DNA of 63,165 nucleotides from Cytophagales bacterium (GTDB lineage Bacteria; Bacteroidota; Bacteroidia; Cytophagales; Cyclobacteriaceae), in contig JAYVPS010000163.1 in assembly GCA_043757225.1 (NCBI GenBank), forward strand, positions 1 through 63,165, written 5' to 3'. This document shows positions 51,545 through 60,256 of the stretch, one piece after another (position 1 is the first letter of the stretch; every line of letters starts with the position of its first letter). Below the pieces are notes generated by a model. The model did not search any database. It was given only the letters and a program-made list of their open reading frames with translations, and was not told the origin of the DNA. The translations under genes and the position numbers were made by a program.

Positions 51545-54184
51545 ATGAATGAGCTAAGTAAAATACAACCTCCTCGCTTTGCCACTCGCTTGCTGCAATG
51601 GTATTGCAAACCCGAATTACTAGAAGACTTGCAAGGCGACTTGAATGAATACTTTCAACGTAATCTTCAAACCAAAAGTCTGCGCCATGCAAAACTGATT
51701 TATGTTATTGATGTCTTTAAATTCTTTAGGCTTTATACAATTAGAAAACCAGAAATCATTAATCTTTTAATCAACTTCATTATGATTGGCAGCTACATTA
51801 AAACCTCGAGCCGCAGCATTGTGCGCAACAAATTATTTTCTACTATCAATATTGTAGGGCTTGCTATCAGCATGTCTGTTGGTTTGGTAATGATTGGCGT
51901 GCTTACCGATACCTTTTCGTATGATAAGTTTCATATTAATCACAAGAGAATTTATCGTGTTATCAGCACCTATGAATATCTCGGCAATAAAGACAATCAG
52001 CCGATGGCAACAACGTCTCTTATAGCTGGCAAGGCTATCAAAGAGACTTTTACAACTCCAGACGAGGTAGTAATTTTACGAAGAGATTTTGCAGGTGACG
52101 TTAAAGCAGATGAAAAAATAATACCATTAAATGGCTTTTATGCCAACGAACCCTTTTTTAAGATATTTTCTTTTGAATTGATTCAAGGCAATCCTGCCGT
52201 TGCTTTGAAAGAACCTTACTCTATTGTATTGACAGAGAAATCCGCAAAGAAATTGTTCGGTGAAACCGATGCTATTGGTAAAACAATTATCTATCGCAAC
52301 GATAAGCAGTACACCATTACAGGAGTTATGAAAGACGTTCCTATTTTTTCGCACATGAAGTTTGATATGCTGGGTTCTTTAAGTACTTATGAGAATGAAG
52401 AGAAAAAATTGAATAACAAGATGAAATGGGATGACATCTGGAACACCTATGTTTATGTATTACTTCCACAAAGTGCTGACGCTGCAACACTAGATGAAAG
52501 TTTTAAAAAGCTGAGTGCCAAAGAAGACCTGACTGTAAAAAACACAAAGATAGAATTGGCTTTGCAGCCATTGGATAATATTATGGTGGGTAGAGATATG
52601 GGCAATCAAATAGGGCACGTAATGGGAAGTTCTGTATTATGGATTTTTGGCGGGCTTGCTTTTGTGGTTATTTTGTCGGCTTGCTTTAACTACACCAATC
52701 TTTCCATTGCACGCTCACTCAAGCGCACACGAGAGGTGGGCATTCGCAAAGTGATAGGAGCAATGAAAGGTCAAGTAGCTGGGCAGTTTATTGTGGAAGC
52801 TATTATCATTTCATTGTGCGCATTATTGCTAGGGTTTGTGTTGTTTGTTCTACTACGCCCCTATTTTTTGAGCATTGAACCTGAGTTGCATGAAACACTT
52901 GTATTAGAATTGTCTCCAACAGTGGTTGTTTACTTTATCTTGTTCGCGGTTTTTGTAGGGGCATCGGCTGGTCTTTTTCCAGCACTTTTCTTTTCGCGTG
53001 TCAATGCAGTGCAAGTGCTAAAGAATTTATCAGCAACGCGCGTATTTAAAAAACTAACGTTGCGCAAAGTGTTGATTGTATTTCAATATTGTATTTCCAT
53101 TATCTTCATCACCTCCAGCATTATTATCTATAAACAATACAAACATTTTGTTGCTTTCGATTTGGGTTTCAAGACAGAAAATATTTTGAATATCTCTTTG
53201 CAAGGGAACAAAGCCGAAATATTAGAAAAGGAATTGACTGAGTTGCCGGAAGTGAAAGGTATTTCTAGGTCCATGATGATCACTAGTGTTGGCAACTATT
53301 GGGGGACTAATATGAAATATAGGCTGAATCCTAATGATTCATCGGGTGTTGGTTGTAATAGTATCGATGAAAATTATTTATCGCTGCACGAACACAAATT
53401 AATAGCAGGGAGAAACTTCATGGCAAAAGCAGACAGCGCAGCCGAAACAGAAGTGATTGTGAATCAACAAGTTTTAAAGCGTTTCAACATTGCCGAACAA
53501 AATCCCTCCAAGGCAATTGGCGATGTACTAAAAGTAGATGGCAAAGATTTAACAATAGTTGGCGTAATGAAGGACTTTCATTACGGTAGAGCCAATAGCA
53601 GCAATAGCAACAAAGAGGTTGTGTTTCGTCATCTCAATAGTAAAGCACATTTGTTAAATGTGAAAATACAATCAACGGATTTGGTGGCAACGATGTCTAA
53701 AATAGAAGACATCTGGAAAAAAATTGACCCTGTTCATCCGATGGATGCCAAGTTTTATAGCGAGCAAATTGATGAAGCCTTTGCTGGCTTAAAAGCCTCT
53801 GTAAAGATGGCTAGCTTTCTTGCGTTCCTTGCCATCTGCATTGCCTCCATGGGTTTGTTGGGTATGGTTGTGTTTACTACTGAAACCAGATTGAAAGAAA
53901 TCAGCATTCGCAAAGTAATGGGCGCAAGCGAGATTGGGTTGCTTTATCTGTTGGGTAAAGGATTTTTTGTTCTCTTGGGGATTGCTGTTTTGATTTCTCT
54001 TCCCTTTACAATTCTTTTCTTCGAGAAGATAGTATTTCCTGAATTGGCTAACCATGCACCACTCTCTATTCCCGAAATGCTGTTGGGGGTGTTGGGTATT
54101 TTAGTGGTAGCAGTTTTAATGATCGGTTCGCAAACATTAAAAGTAGCGAGAACAAATCCCGCAGAGGTGCTGAAAAGTGAATAG
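51545..54184 (+). CDS. ABC transporter permease (duplicated MacB/FtsX) with N-terminal prefix domain
   Basis: PPRFA.RLL.WYC..E.LEDLQGDL prefix; REVGIRKVIGA; KEISIRKVMGA; NPAEVLKSE. Confidence 0.92.
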   Translation: MNELSKIQPPRFATRLLQWYCKPELLEDLQGDLNEYFQRNLQTKSLRHAKLIYVIDVFKFFRLYTIRKPEIINLLINFIMIGSYIKTSSRSIVRNKLFSTINIVGLAISMSVGLVMIGVLTDTFSYDKFHINHKRIYRVISTYEYLGNKDNQPMATTSLIAGKAIKETFTTPDEVVILRRDFAGDVKADEKIIPLNGFYANEPFFKIFSFELIQGNPAVALKEPYSIVLTEKSAKKLFGETDAIGKTIIYRNDKQYTITGVMKDVPIFSHMKFDMLGSLSTYENEEKKLNNKMKWDDIWNTYVYVLLPQSADAATLDESFKKLSAKEDLTVKNTKIELALQPLDNIMVGRDMGNQIGHVMGSSVLWIFGGLAFVVILSACFNYTNLSIARSLKRTREVGIRKVIGAMKGQVAGQFIVEAIIISLCALLLGFVLFVLLRPYFLSIEPELHETLVLELSPTVVVYFILFAVFVGASAGLFPALFFSRVNAVQVLKNLSATRVFKKLTLRKVLIVFQYCISIIFITSSIIIYKQYKHFVAFDLGFKTENILNISLQGNKAEILEKELTELPEVKGISRSMMITSVGNYWGTNMKYRLNPNDSSGVGCNSIDENYLSLHEHKLIAGRNFMAKADSAAETEVIVNQQVLKRFNIAEQNPSKAIGDVLKVDGKDLTIVGVMKDFHYGRANSSNSNKEVVFRHLNSKAHLLNVKIQSTDLVATMSKIEDIWKKIDPVHPMDAKFYSEQIDEAFAGLKASVKMASFLAFLAICIASMGLLGMVVFTTETRLKEISIRKVMGASEIGLLYLLGKGFFVLLGIAVLISLPFTILFFEKIVFPELANHAPLSIPEMLLGVLGILVVAVLMIGSQTLKVARTNPAEVLKSE

Positions 54185-54306
54185 GTTAATTCCAAATTTA
54201 AAATTCAAGATTGGGAGTTACTCAAGACATTTATAGTAGCCACAAATCGCACAGATTTTCACGAATATTAAAAAAATTAGAATTATCTACTAATTCAATC
54301 CCTCCT

Positions 54307-54429
54307 CCGCCCTCGTTGGTGTTCTTCACCAACGAGCGAGATGAAAATTGTTATTTGATGAGCCAGCATTTCATTAACTTGCTTACATGGTCTATGCCAA
54401 ACAACATGCCGAGTTCCTCACCGTAACCT
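54307..54429 (+). repeat. Direct repeat, left copy (REP-like hairpin plus 5' stub of the transposase); pairs with 55219-55340
   Basis: 123 vs 122 bp, one substitution and one indel; contains hairpin CTCGTTGGTG-TTCTT-CACCAACGAG (54312-54336). Confidence 0.95.
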
Positions 54430-54432
54430 CTT

Positions 54433-54600
54433 CGCCTTTTGGTGTTCTTCACCAACAAACAAGATGAATAGGGATAAGAGGTGGGTTGATTTAAAATGAA
54501 AGGAGAAATGATATATGTTAGTTTAGGCACACAAAGAATGAAAAAATGAGTGGTGGAACGAATGGCAAGCTTGGTGGTGAAAAACACCAACAGGGGCGGA
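54433..54600. repeat. Inverted pair of REP-like hairpins (TTGGTG-TT(C/T)TT-CACCAA family)
   Basis: + copy at 54439-54455; reverse copy at 54571-54600 (TCCGCCCCTGTTGGTGTTTTTCACCACCAA on - strand). Confidence 0.75.
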
Positions 54601-54653
54601 GAACAAGGAGCGTGTGGGTTATTGATAACAGTTAAGAAAATGTTAACTTTGGA

Positions 54654-54896
54654 ATGCAAACCAGAAAAGCCATGAACATTGACACCGAGCGGGCGCTATT
54701 GATCAAAAAGCTTGAACAGGTAGAAGATATTTCCTTACTGAAGGCCGTCAAAGCCATATTGGACTATGGCTTAAAGAACGAAGGACGCATCACCATCGAG
54801 CAATACAACAGGGAACTGGATGAGGCCAACGCGAGGATAGCATCAGGAAAGTTCACCACACAAGAAGACTTGGAAAAAGAAGCTTCCCAATGGTGA
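54654..54896 (+). CDS. Putative antitoxin (addiction-module component)
   Basis: 80 aa, acidic, ITIEQYNRELDEA...G.FTT.E..W; overlaps the downstream toxin start; TAACTTTG at 54644-54651. Confidence 0.7.
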   Translation: MQTRKAMNIDTERALLIKKLEQVEDISLLKAVKAILDYGLKNEGRITIEQYNRELDEANARIASGKFTTQEDLEKEASQW

Positions 54897-55189
54897 AAAA
54901 GAAAGTGGCTTGGGATGAACAGGCTAAGGCATCCTTGAGGGAAGCGTGCAACTACATTAAAGGAGACTCGCCACAACAAGCTGAGCGTGTAAGAAAAGAA
55001 ATACTTGAGGCCACAAAAAGGCTTTCAGACCATCCTGAAATGCACCCACCCGATAAGTACAGAGGAGATAAGGATGCAAGCTTCCGTGCCTTCGAGAAAT
55101 ATAATTATCGCATATCCTATTTTATAACGGAGGATGTGATCAGAGTGCTACGCTTCCGCCATGTAAAACAAGTGCCAAAGGAATACTGA
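54890..55189 (+). CDS. RelE/ParE family toxin
   Basis: V.W...A...L.....YI..DSP..A; YRISY; IRVLRFRHVKQ. Confidence 0.85.
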   Translation: MVKKKVAWDEQAKASLREACNYIKGDSPQQAERVRKEILEATKRLSDHPEMHPPDKYRGDKDASFRAFEKYNYRISYFITEDVIRVLRFRHVKQVPKEY

Positions 55190-55218
55190 AGAAAAGATGT
55201 GTATAATGCCAAGGTATC

Positions 55219-55340
55219 CCGCCCTCATTGGTGTTCTTCACCAACGAGCGAGATGAAAATTGTTATTTGATGAGCCAGCATTTCATTAACTGCTTACATG
55301 GTCTATGCCAAACAACATGCCGAGTTCCTCACCGTAACCT
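55219..55340 (+). repeat. Direct repeat, right copy
   Basis: Near-identical to 54307-54429. Confidence 0.95.
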
Positions 55341-55500
55341 GCCTTGAGTGGAAACATGTTTTGCGAGAGGACAGGTTCAAAGACGTCATCACCGGTAGCC
55401 TCTTATTTTTGACAATGGTCAACCGCGTTAGCGTGTATGTGTTCGTCATCATGCCTAACCATTTCCATCTGATATGGCAGGTGATGGCTGACCATCAACG
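55298..55500 (+). pseudogene. Truncated REP-associated tyrosine (HUH/Y1, IS200-like) transposase
   Basis: FLTVTCLEW...VYVFVIMPNHFHLIW HUH motif; similarity appears to stop near 55500 and the catalytic Tyr region is absent. Confidence 0.8.
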
Positions 55501-55623
55501 AAAAAGATTGGGTATTTTTATCGCACTATGCTGGGTAAGCAGTACGTGTGTTGCAGTGTGCCTGTTGGTTTACAATAGCATCTACTTGAATTTTTGTAAT
55601 ATCACCCTGTATTATTTCAATCA

Positions 55624-56007
55624 TCACACTTTATGCGGATTAACAAATTTCAGCCCTTTGATATTGGTAAAATCTTTTTCGTTGGCGGTGATGATGGTGT
55701 AGTCGTAAGCCAAGGCAGTAGCTGCAATAATGGCATCGGGTGTTTTTATTTTTTTGACTTTGCGTAGTGCCACACAATGAGCAATCACATCAGGGCTAAT
55801 GTCCAATACCACACTATCAGCAATAAAACTTTTTACACTTTCTGTAGTGGCTTCATCCGTATTCCAACAAAGCAGTTCTATTTGGGTAATGATAGAAATA
55901 TTAGGAAGGGCATCAATGGCATTGTCCATCAAATCCATACCAGTAGCAGGAATGGAAGCAGAAAGATAATCAGACACTACATTGGTATCAATTAAATATT
56001 GTTCCAT
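55624..56007 (-). CDS. vapC: PIN-domain (VapC-like) toxin
   Basis: YLIDTNV, ITQIELL, PDAIIAATA, TANEKDF. Confidence 0.9.
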   Translation of the reverse strand: MEQYLIDTNVVSDYLSASIPATGMDLMDNAIDALPNISIITQIELLCWNTDEATTESVKSFIADSVVLDISPDVIAHCVALRKVKKIKTPDAIIAATALAYDYTIITANEKDFTNIKGLKFVNPHKV

Positions 56008-56207
56008 TCGCTACGCATCTGTTTAATGTGTTCGTTTAGGTTCTTTCCTTGCTCTTTGGTAATAATGCCTTTGTATTTTTCGGAGAGTTTTGTTTTAACA
56101 GGAGCAATATTTTCCTTCAACACTTTAATCAAATGCAGTTCTTCCAACTCGTGTAGAAGCCCTACAGCTTTATGGTTGGTTACTTGTATAAGCATTGTAT
56201 TATCCAT
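55992..56207 (-). CDS. Putative antitoxin partner of VapC
   Basis: 71 aa; overlaps the toxin start; ends QMRSEW like Bacteroidota VapB-type proteins. Confidence 0.7.
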   Translation of the reverse strand: MDNTMLIQVTNHKAVGLLHELEELHLIKVLKENIAPVKTKLSEKYKGIITKEQGKNLNEHIKQMRSEWNNI

Positions 56208-56215
56208 AAATCAAA

Positions 56216-56476
56216 TTATTTAGAATGTAAACTCGTTTGAATTTTAGTTTTAGTAATATAGGCATCCATTAACGAAAGAACGGTTTTCTTTTCCAAGTAA
56301 TCGAGCGAAACGTCCGTGGCATTTGATAGCTTAGATGCCATCTCAACCGATGGCGAGGCTTCACCTCTTTCATACCTACCCAACACATTAGGGTGTATTC
56401 CTGCCAGTTCAGCCAGTTCTTGCTGCGATATTTTTTTCTCTTTGCGGAGTGCGGAAAGTCTTGCTTCTAAACCCAT
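56216..56476 (-). CDS. XRE-family HTH regulator, possibly internally deleted
   Basis: LRKEKKISQQELAE..GIH....GRYERGE..PS...VSLDYL. Confidence 0.8.
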   Translation of the reverse strand: MGLEARLSALRKEKKISQQELAELAGIHPNVLGRYERGEASPSVEMASKLSNATDVSLDYLEKKTVLSLMDAYITKTKIQTSLHSK

Positions 56477-56585
56477 ATCGTTGTGTTATTTACTGTTAGT
56501 AATTGAAATGCAAAAATAATAAAACTCTTTGGGTATCACTATGACCTACTAACCTTATAAAAAGTGGGCAGGTTTCCCCGCCCCC

Positions 56586-56719
56586 CATGTTGGCGCGCGT
56601 TTGCAACGCGTGCTTTTCTAGTCTTCTGATTGTCATATTTGTTTCTTGTAAAAAAGTATAAATTTGTTGGTGGGTACAGAATGTATTTTGTGATAGTGGT
56701 TAAAACGCGCGCCAGCATG
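56586..56719. repeat. REP-like inverted doublet of a second family
   Basis: CATGTTGGCGCGCGTTT (56586-56602) pairs with AAACGCGCGCCAGCATG (56703-56719), one mismatch; left arm also forms GCGCGCGTTTGCAACGCGTGC hairpin. Confidence 0.75.
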
Positions 56720-56805
56720 TTGCATTTGTTATCAAGACAGGCTTTCAGCTAAGTGAGTTGGCGATGAAGAAGAAGTAGGTTCTTCCCCATCTTTGACTTC
56801 TTGCC

Positions 56806-56824
56806 TTTGGTGTTTTTCACCAAA
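56806..56824 (+). repeat. REP-like hairpin (TTGGTG family)
   Basis: TTTGGTG-TTTTT-CACCAAA followed by AAACGAGATG, as in the other copies. Confidence 0.7.
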
Positions 56825-56921
56825 AAACGAGATGGGCTGGCATAACAGGAAAGTATTTCGAAGTGAGAGATAAAAGATAATCGATTATGATTTTCTGCTG
56901 TTCAAATCTTAGTTAGATTTC

Positions 56922-59900
56922 CTATTGATTCAATCCCTCCTTTTGCACCTTCAATGGCTTCTCATATCCAAAAAGTTCGTCCAGCGTCAGTTCTTTTACT
57001 GTACCGTATTTTTGAAGATCTTTTAAATTCAACTTATTGCGATCGCCCACCAAGGTTACATTAAACTTTCTTCCTTTTAGATATTCTTGCTGAAAAGTCG
57101 CTAAATCTTCAATGGTCATATTTTGAATTTGCTCATATACATCTTTGCGTACATCATGATCCAGTCCTCTTCGCTTGGCTGATTCGTAATTGAAAAGAAT
57201 ACCAGTTTTGGTAATGCGTTCACTTTCTAATTGATTCATCAACGACTGACGCGCCACCTCAAAGCCACCTTCAGAGCGTGGAAAATTTTGGATGAGTTCT
57301 GTCATAGCTTTCATCGATTCTGCTTGCTTGTCCGCTTGCGTACCAATATAACCAAAGAACTGATCATGATCTGTTTTCTTATCTCCCACACTATAGGATG
57401 CAAAGGCCGAGTAGGCAAGGCCTTGTGCCTCGCGTAGTTCTTGAAATACCGGAGAACTCATGTTGCCGCCAAAATATTCATTGAAGAGTCGAATCTTGGG
57501 AATTCTTGATGCATCAAATTTTTCTCCTTTGGAAAGAAACATGATCTCTGCCTGTACCATATCATAGTTGATCCAATACACCGAAGGCTTGTCCATGTTC
57601 CGAACTATAAATTCAACCGGGACAGGGGTAGATAAGAGTTGATCCGGAAGCTGATGCCCGTTGTTTAACGATGCTATCAATTCATTTTCAGATTGTGGAC
57701 CATAGTACAACACACGGTGTTGCGTTTTAGTGAATCCCTTTATGATGCTCACCAGTTCATCTGCCTTCAACCCTCTTAGCTCTTTGTTGGTGAGCACATT
57801 GGTAAAAGGCGACTTTGCTCCATACAATCCATAGTTCATTAACCCGTCCCATAAAATTGCGTTCTTGTCTTTTTTAATATCATCCCGTTTTTTAAAAATA
57901 CCATCAATCATTTTTTGAATAGCCTCATCATCCGGTTTTGGGTTGGCCAATAATTTTTCAAATAATGCAACGGCTTTGTCCATGTTTTCATTGAGGCCAT
58001 TGAGGTAAACGTAGGTTTGCTCTTCGGCCGCAAATACTCCAAAATTGCAACCGATTTTATAAAACTCCTTTTTCACATCTTCATCCGTCATATCACCGGT
58101 ACCTAAGTACTGCAAGTACTCCACTGCTTGCTTCATCATTGGGTTATTGTTGGTACCAATATCTGATAAGTAGTAAAGGGTAAATAAATCGTTTTCACCA
58201 TTCTTGGTATACAATACCTCTACCTCTTTATTCATCTTCAATTTTTTAATGTCTTTATCGTAATCCAAAAATTGAGGTTGAATTTTTTCTACTTTGTTGG
58301 CAAGCAACCGTTCATGGAAGGGTGATTTCAATTCCTTATTAAGTGACACCTTAGTGATAGAAGGTTTGGTAACTTTCTGTTGCTTGCCATCTTTGCCATT
58401 GCGTTTATACACAACAATGTAATTATCCTTGTAATGCTCGTTGGCAAATTTAATAACATCCTCCTTAGTGAATTTTGAAAGTTCGTCAAGCTTTGAAATG
58501 TAGTCTTTCCAGGCTATGCCATTAGTAAAAGCCATCACTTCATCATCGGATCGCGACCCGTTGTATTGTGATTGATTGATGGCGCTTTTCTTTAAGTCGT
58601 TGATTACCGCCTCTAACAACCAATCATCAAATTGACCTTTTTTAACCAAGTCAATTTGTTCAAGCAATAGTTTTTTTACCTCTTCCAATGTTTGTCCTTC
58701 GCGTGGCTTTCCAGTGAACGTGTGCAGCGCATAATCATTTAAGAAATCTACTGAGCTGCTTGGCTCTAATACTTTTTGCTTCTGGCCTAAATTTAAATCA
58801 ATAAGCCCTGCCTGTGAGTTGGCCAATATCATGTCAGTAAGAGTTAATAGTTGTGACTCTTCGGAGTTTCTCCCTTTGAAACGAAAAGCCATATTGAGCC
58901 ATTCCGCATCCGGGCCATACACGTCTACTTCAATTGGCTTAGTAATTTCATCTTCTACAATGGGTTCCCATGGCTTCAAATCCGGATTGGGCTCCCAGCT
59001 TCCAAAACCTTTATCTATAAAGGCGATGGTTTTATCATAGTCCAAATCTCCGCTTAAACAGATGGCCACGTTATTGGGGCGATAATACTTATAAAAATAG
59101 TTTTTGATCTCGGTAATGGAAGGGTTTTTTAAATGCTCAATAGTGCCAATTACGGTTTGTGTACCATAAGGGTGTTTTTTAAACGCTTCTGCATACATTG
59201 CTTCAAATGTTTTCGAATAATCGTTGTCGAGGCTGCGATTTTTCTCTTCGTACACAGCCTCCAATTCAGTGTGGAACAGGCGCGGCACAATCTGACGGAA
59301 GCGATTTGACTCTATAGCAATCCAGTTTTCCATTTGGTTGGCCGGAATATCATTTACATAAACCGTGCGGTCTTCGGTAGTATACGCATTGGTGCCCTTG
59401 GCTCCAATCTCTGAAACCATTTTATCGTACTCGTTGGCAATAGCCAGCTTAGAGGCATCATTGGAAACCTTATCGATTGTTTTATAATAATTCATCCGCT
59501 CTACCGAATCGGTGAGCGTACGATAGTGCTCAAACATATGCTCAATGCTATCAAGAAAAACTTTTTCCTTATCCCAAGCTTGTGTACCAAAGTCGCTGGT
59601 TCCCTTAAACATGATGTGTTCGAGGTAGTGTGCTAGGCCTGTAGCATTTGCCGGATCAAACTTGCCTCCGGCCTTTACAGCAATGGAGGTCATAATGCGG
59701 GGTTCCGCCTGATACTGGCTGAGATAAACTTTCAAGCCATTTTTTAGCGTATAAATTCTTACTTTGAGTGGGTCATTCGTAACATACTCGTAGGAATAAC
59801 CATTGCTCTCCGCTGTTTTCGTTTCATACTTATTTTCGGGCTTGCAGCTTTGAAGGAAAACAAAAGCTAAAAGAAACAGGGCTATACCGTTTAATTTCAT
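56922..59900 (-). CDS. M16 (insulinase-family) zinc peptidase, lipoprotein
   Basis: GLAHYLEH (HxxEH), NAYT, ELREAQGLAY; lipobox LQSC; start taken at MKLNG. Confidence 0.93.
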   Translation of the reverse strand: MKLNGIALFLLAFVFLQSCKPENKYETKTAESNGYSYEYVTNDPLKVRIYTLKNGLKVYLSQYQAEPRIMTSIAVKAGGKFDPANATGLAHYLEHIMFKGTSDFGTQAWDKEKVFLDSIEHMFEHYRTLTDSVERMNYYKTIDKVSNDASKLAIANEYDKMVSEIGAKGTNAYTTEDRTVYVNDIPANQMENWIAIESNRFRQIVPRLFHTELEAVYEEKNRSLDNDYSKTFEAMYAEAFKKHPYGTQTVIGTIEHLKNPSITEIKNYFYKYYRPNNVAICLSGDLDYDKTIAFIDKGFGSWEPNPDLKPWEPIVEDEITKPIEVDVYGPDAEWLNMAFRFKGRNSEESQLLTLTDMILANSQAGLIDLNLGQKQKVLEPSSSVDFLNDYALHTFTGKPREGQTLEEVKKLLLEQIDLVKKGQFDDWLLEAVINDLKKSAINQSQYNGSRSDDEVMAFTNGIAWKDYISKLDELSKFTKEDVIKFANEHYKDNYIVVYKRNGKDGKQQKVTKPSITKVSLNKELKSPFHERLLANKVEKIQPQFLDYDKDIKKLKMNKEVEVLYTKNGENDLFTLYYLSDIGTNNNPMMKQAVEYLQYLGTGDMTDEDVKKEFYKIGCNFGVFAAEEQTYVYLNGLNENMDKAVALFEKLLANPKPDDEAIQKMIDGIFKKRDDIKKDKNAILWDGLMNYGLYGAKSPFTNVLTNKELRGLKADELVSIIKGFTKTQHRVLYYGPQSENELIASLNNGHQLPDQLLSTPVPVEFIVRNMDKPSVYWINYDMVQAEIMFLSKGEKFDASRIPKIRLFNEYFGGNMSSPVFQELREAQGLAYSAFASYSVGDKKTDHDQFFGYIGTQADKQAESMKAMTELIQNFPRSEGGFEVARQSLMNQLESERITKTGILFNYESAKRRGLDHDVRKDVYEQIQNMTIEDLATFQQEYLKGRKFNVTLVGDRNKLNLKDLQKYGTVKELTLDELFGYEKPLKVQKEGLNQ

Positions 59901-59964
59901 AGAAGGGTTTTTTGGAAAAGAAAAGTAACAAGAATTCTCCAATTAACCTCGATACGGAGGATGC

Positions 59965-60164
59965 GGGTGCATTTCAAATTGTCGCACCAATGTTTCATCC
60001 CTACGGGATTCTGGTGTATGTTGATTGTTCTTCTACCAATATATCGCCCTTACCAGAGCTTTAAATCCCGTTAGGGATTATATATTGGTAGCGTTTGTAA
60101 TCCACCTTGGCCACAGTCCCGTCAGGGACGAAATATTCTTACCGCGACAATTTGAAATGCACCC
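59965..60164. mobile_element. 200-bp MITE with 21-bp terminal inverted repeats and 8-bp target-site duplication
   Basis: GGGTGCATTTCAAATTGTCGC...GCGACAATTTGAAATGCACCC; GAGGATGC at 59957-59964 and 60165-60172. Confidence 0.9.
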
Positions 60165-60256
60165 GAGGATGCGACTAATTCAAAAGCATCTTGCTTTAAG
60201 CAAATAAACTAATGACTACCAAAAAAAATAACGCGAGTTGTCTAAGATATAGCCAA

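Noticed and set aside
51183-54184. PadR plus permease lacking an ATPase, considered as a novel system
   Set aside because: This pairing is a common multi-copy arrangement in Bacteroidota and Acidobacteria; nothing distinguishes this copy.
55500-55702. C-terminal half of ORF 55298..55702 as part of the transposase
   Set aside because: It loses transposase character after about 55500 and runs antisense into vapC; treated as read-through.
54307-56824. Repeated TTGGTG...CACCAA hairpins considered as a CRISPR array or integron attC sites
   Set aside because: Spacing is irregular, orientation is mixed, no cas or integron integrase gene is present, and attC core motifs are not evident; REP-like is the simpler reading.
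60025-60207. 60-aa ORF
   Set aside because: Lies mostly within the palindromic MITE; most likely spurious.
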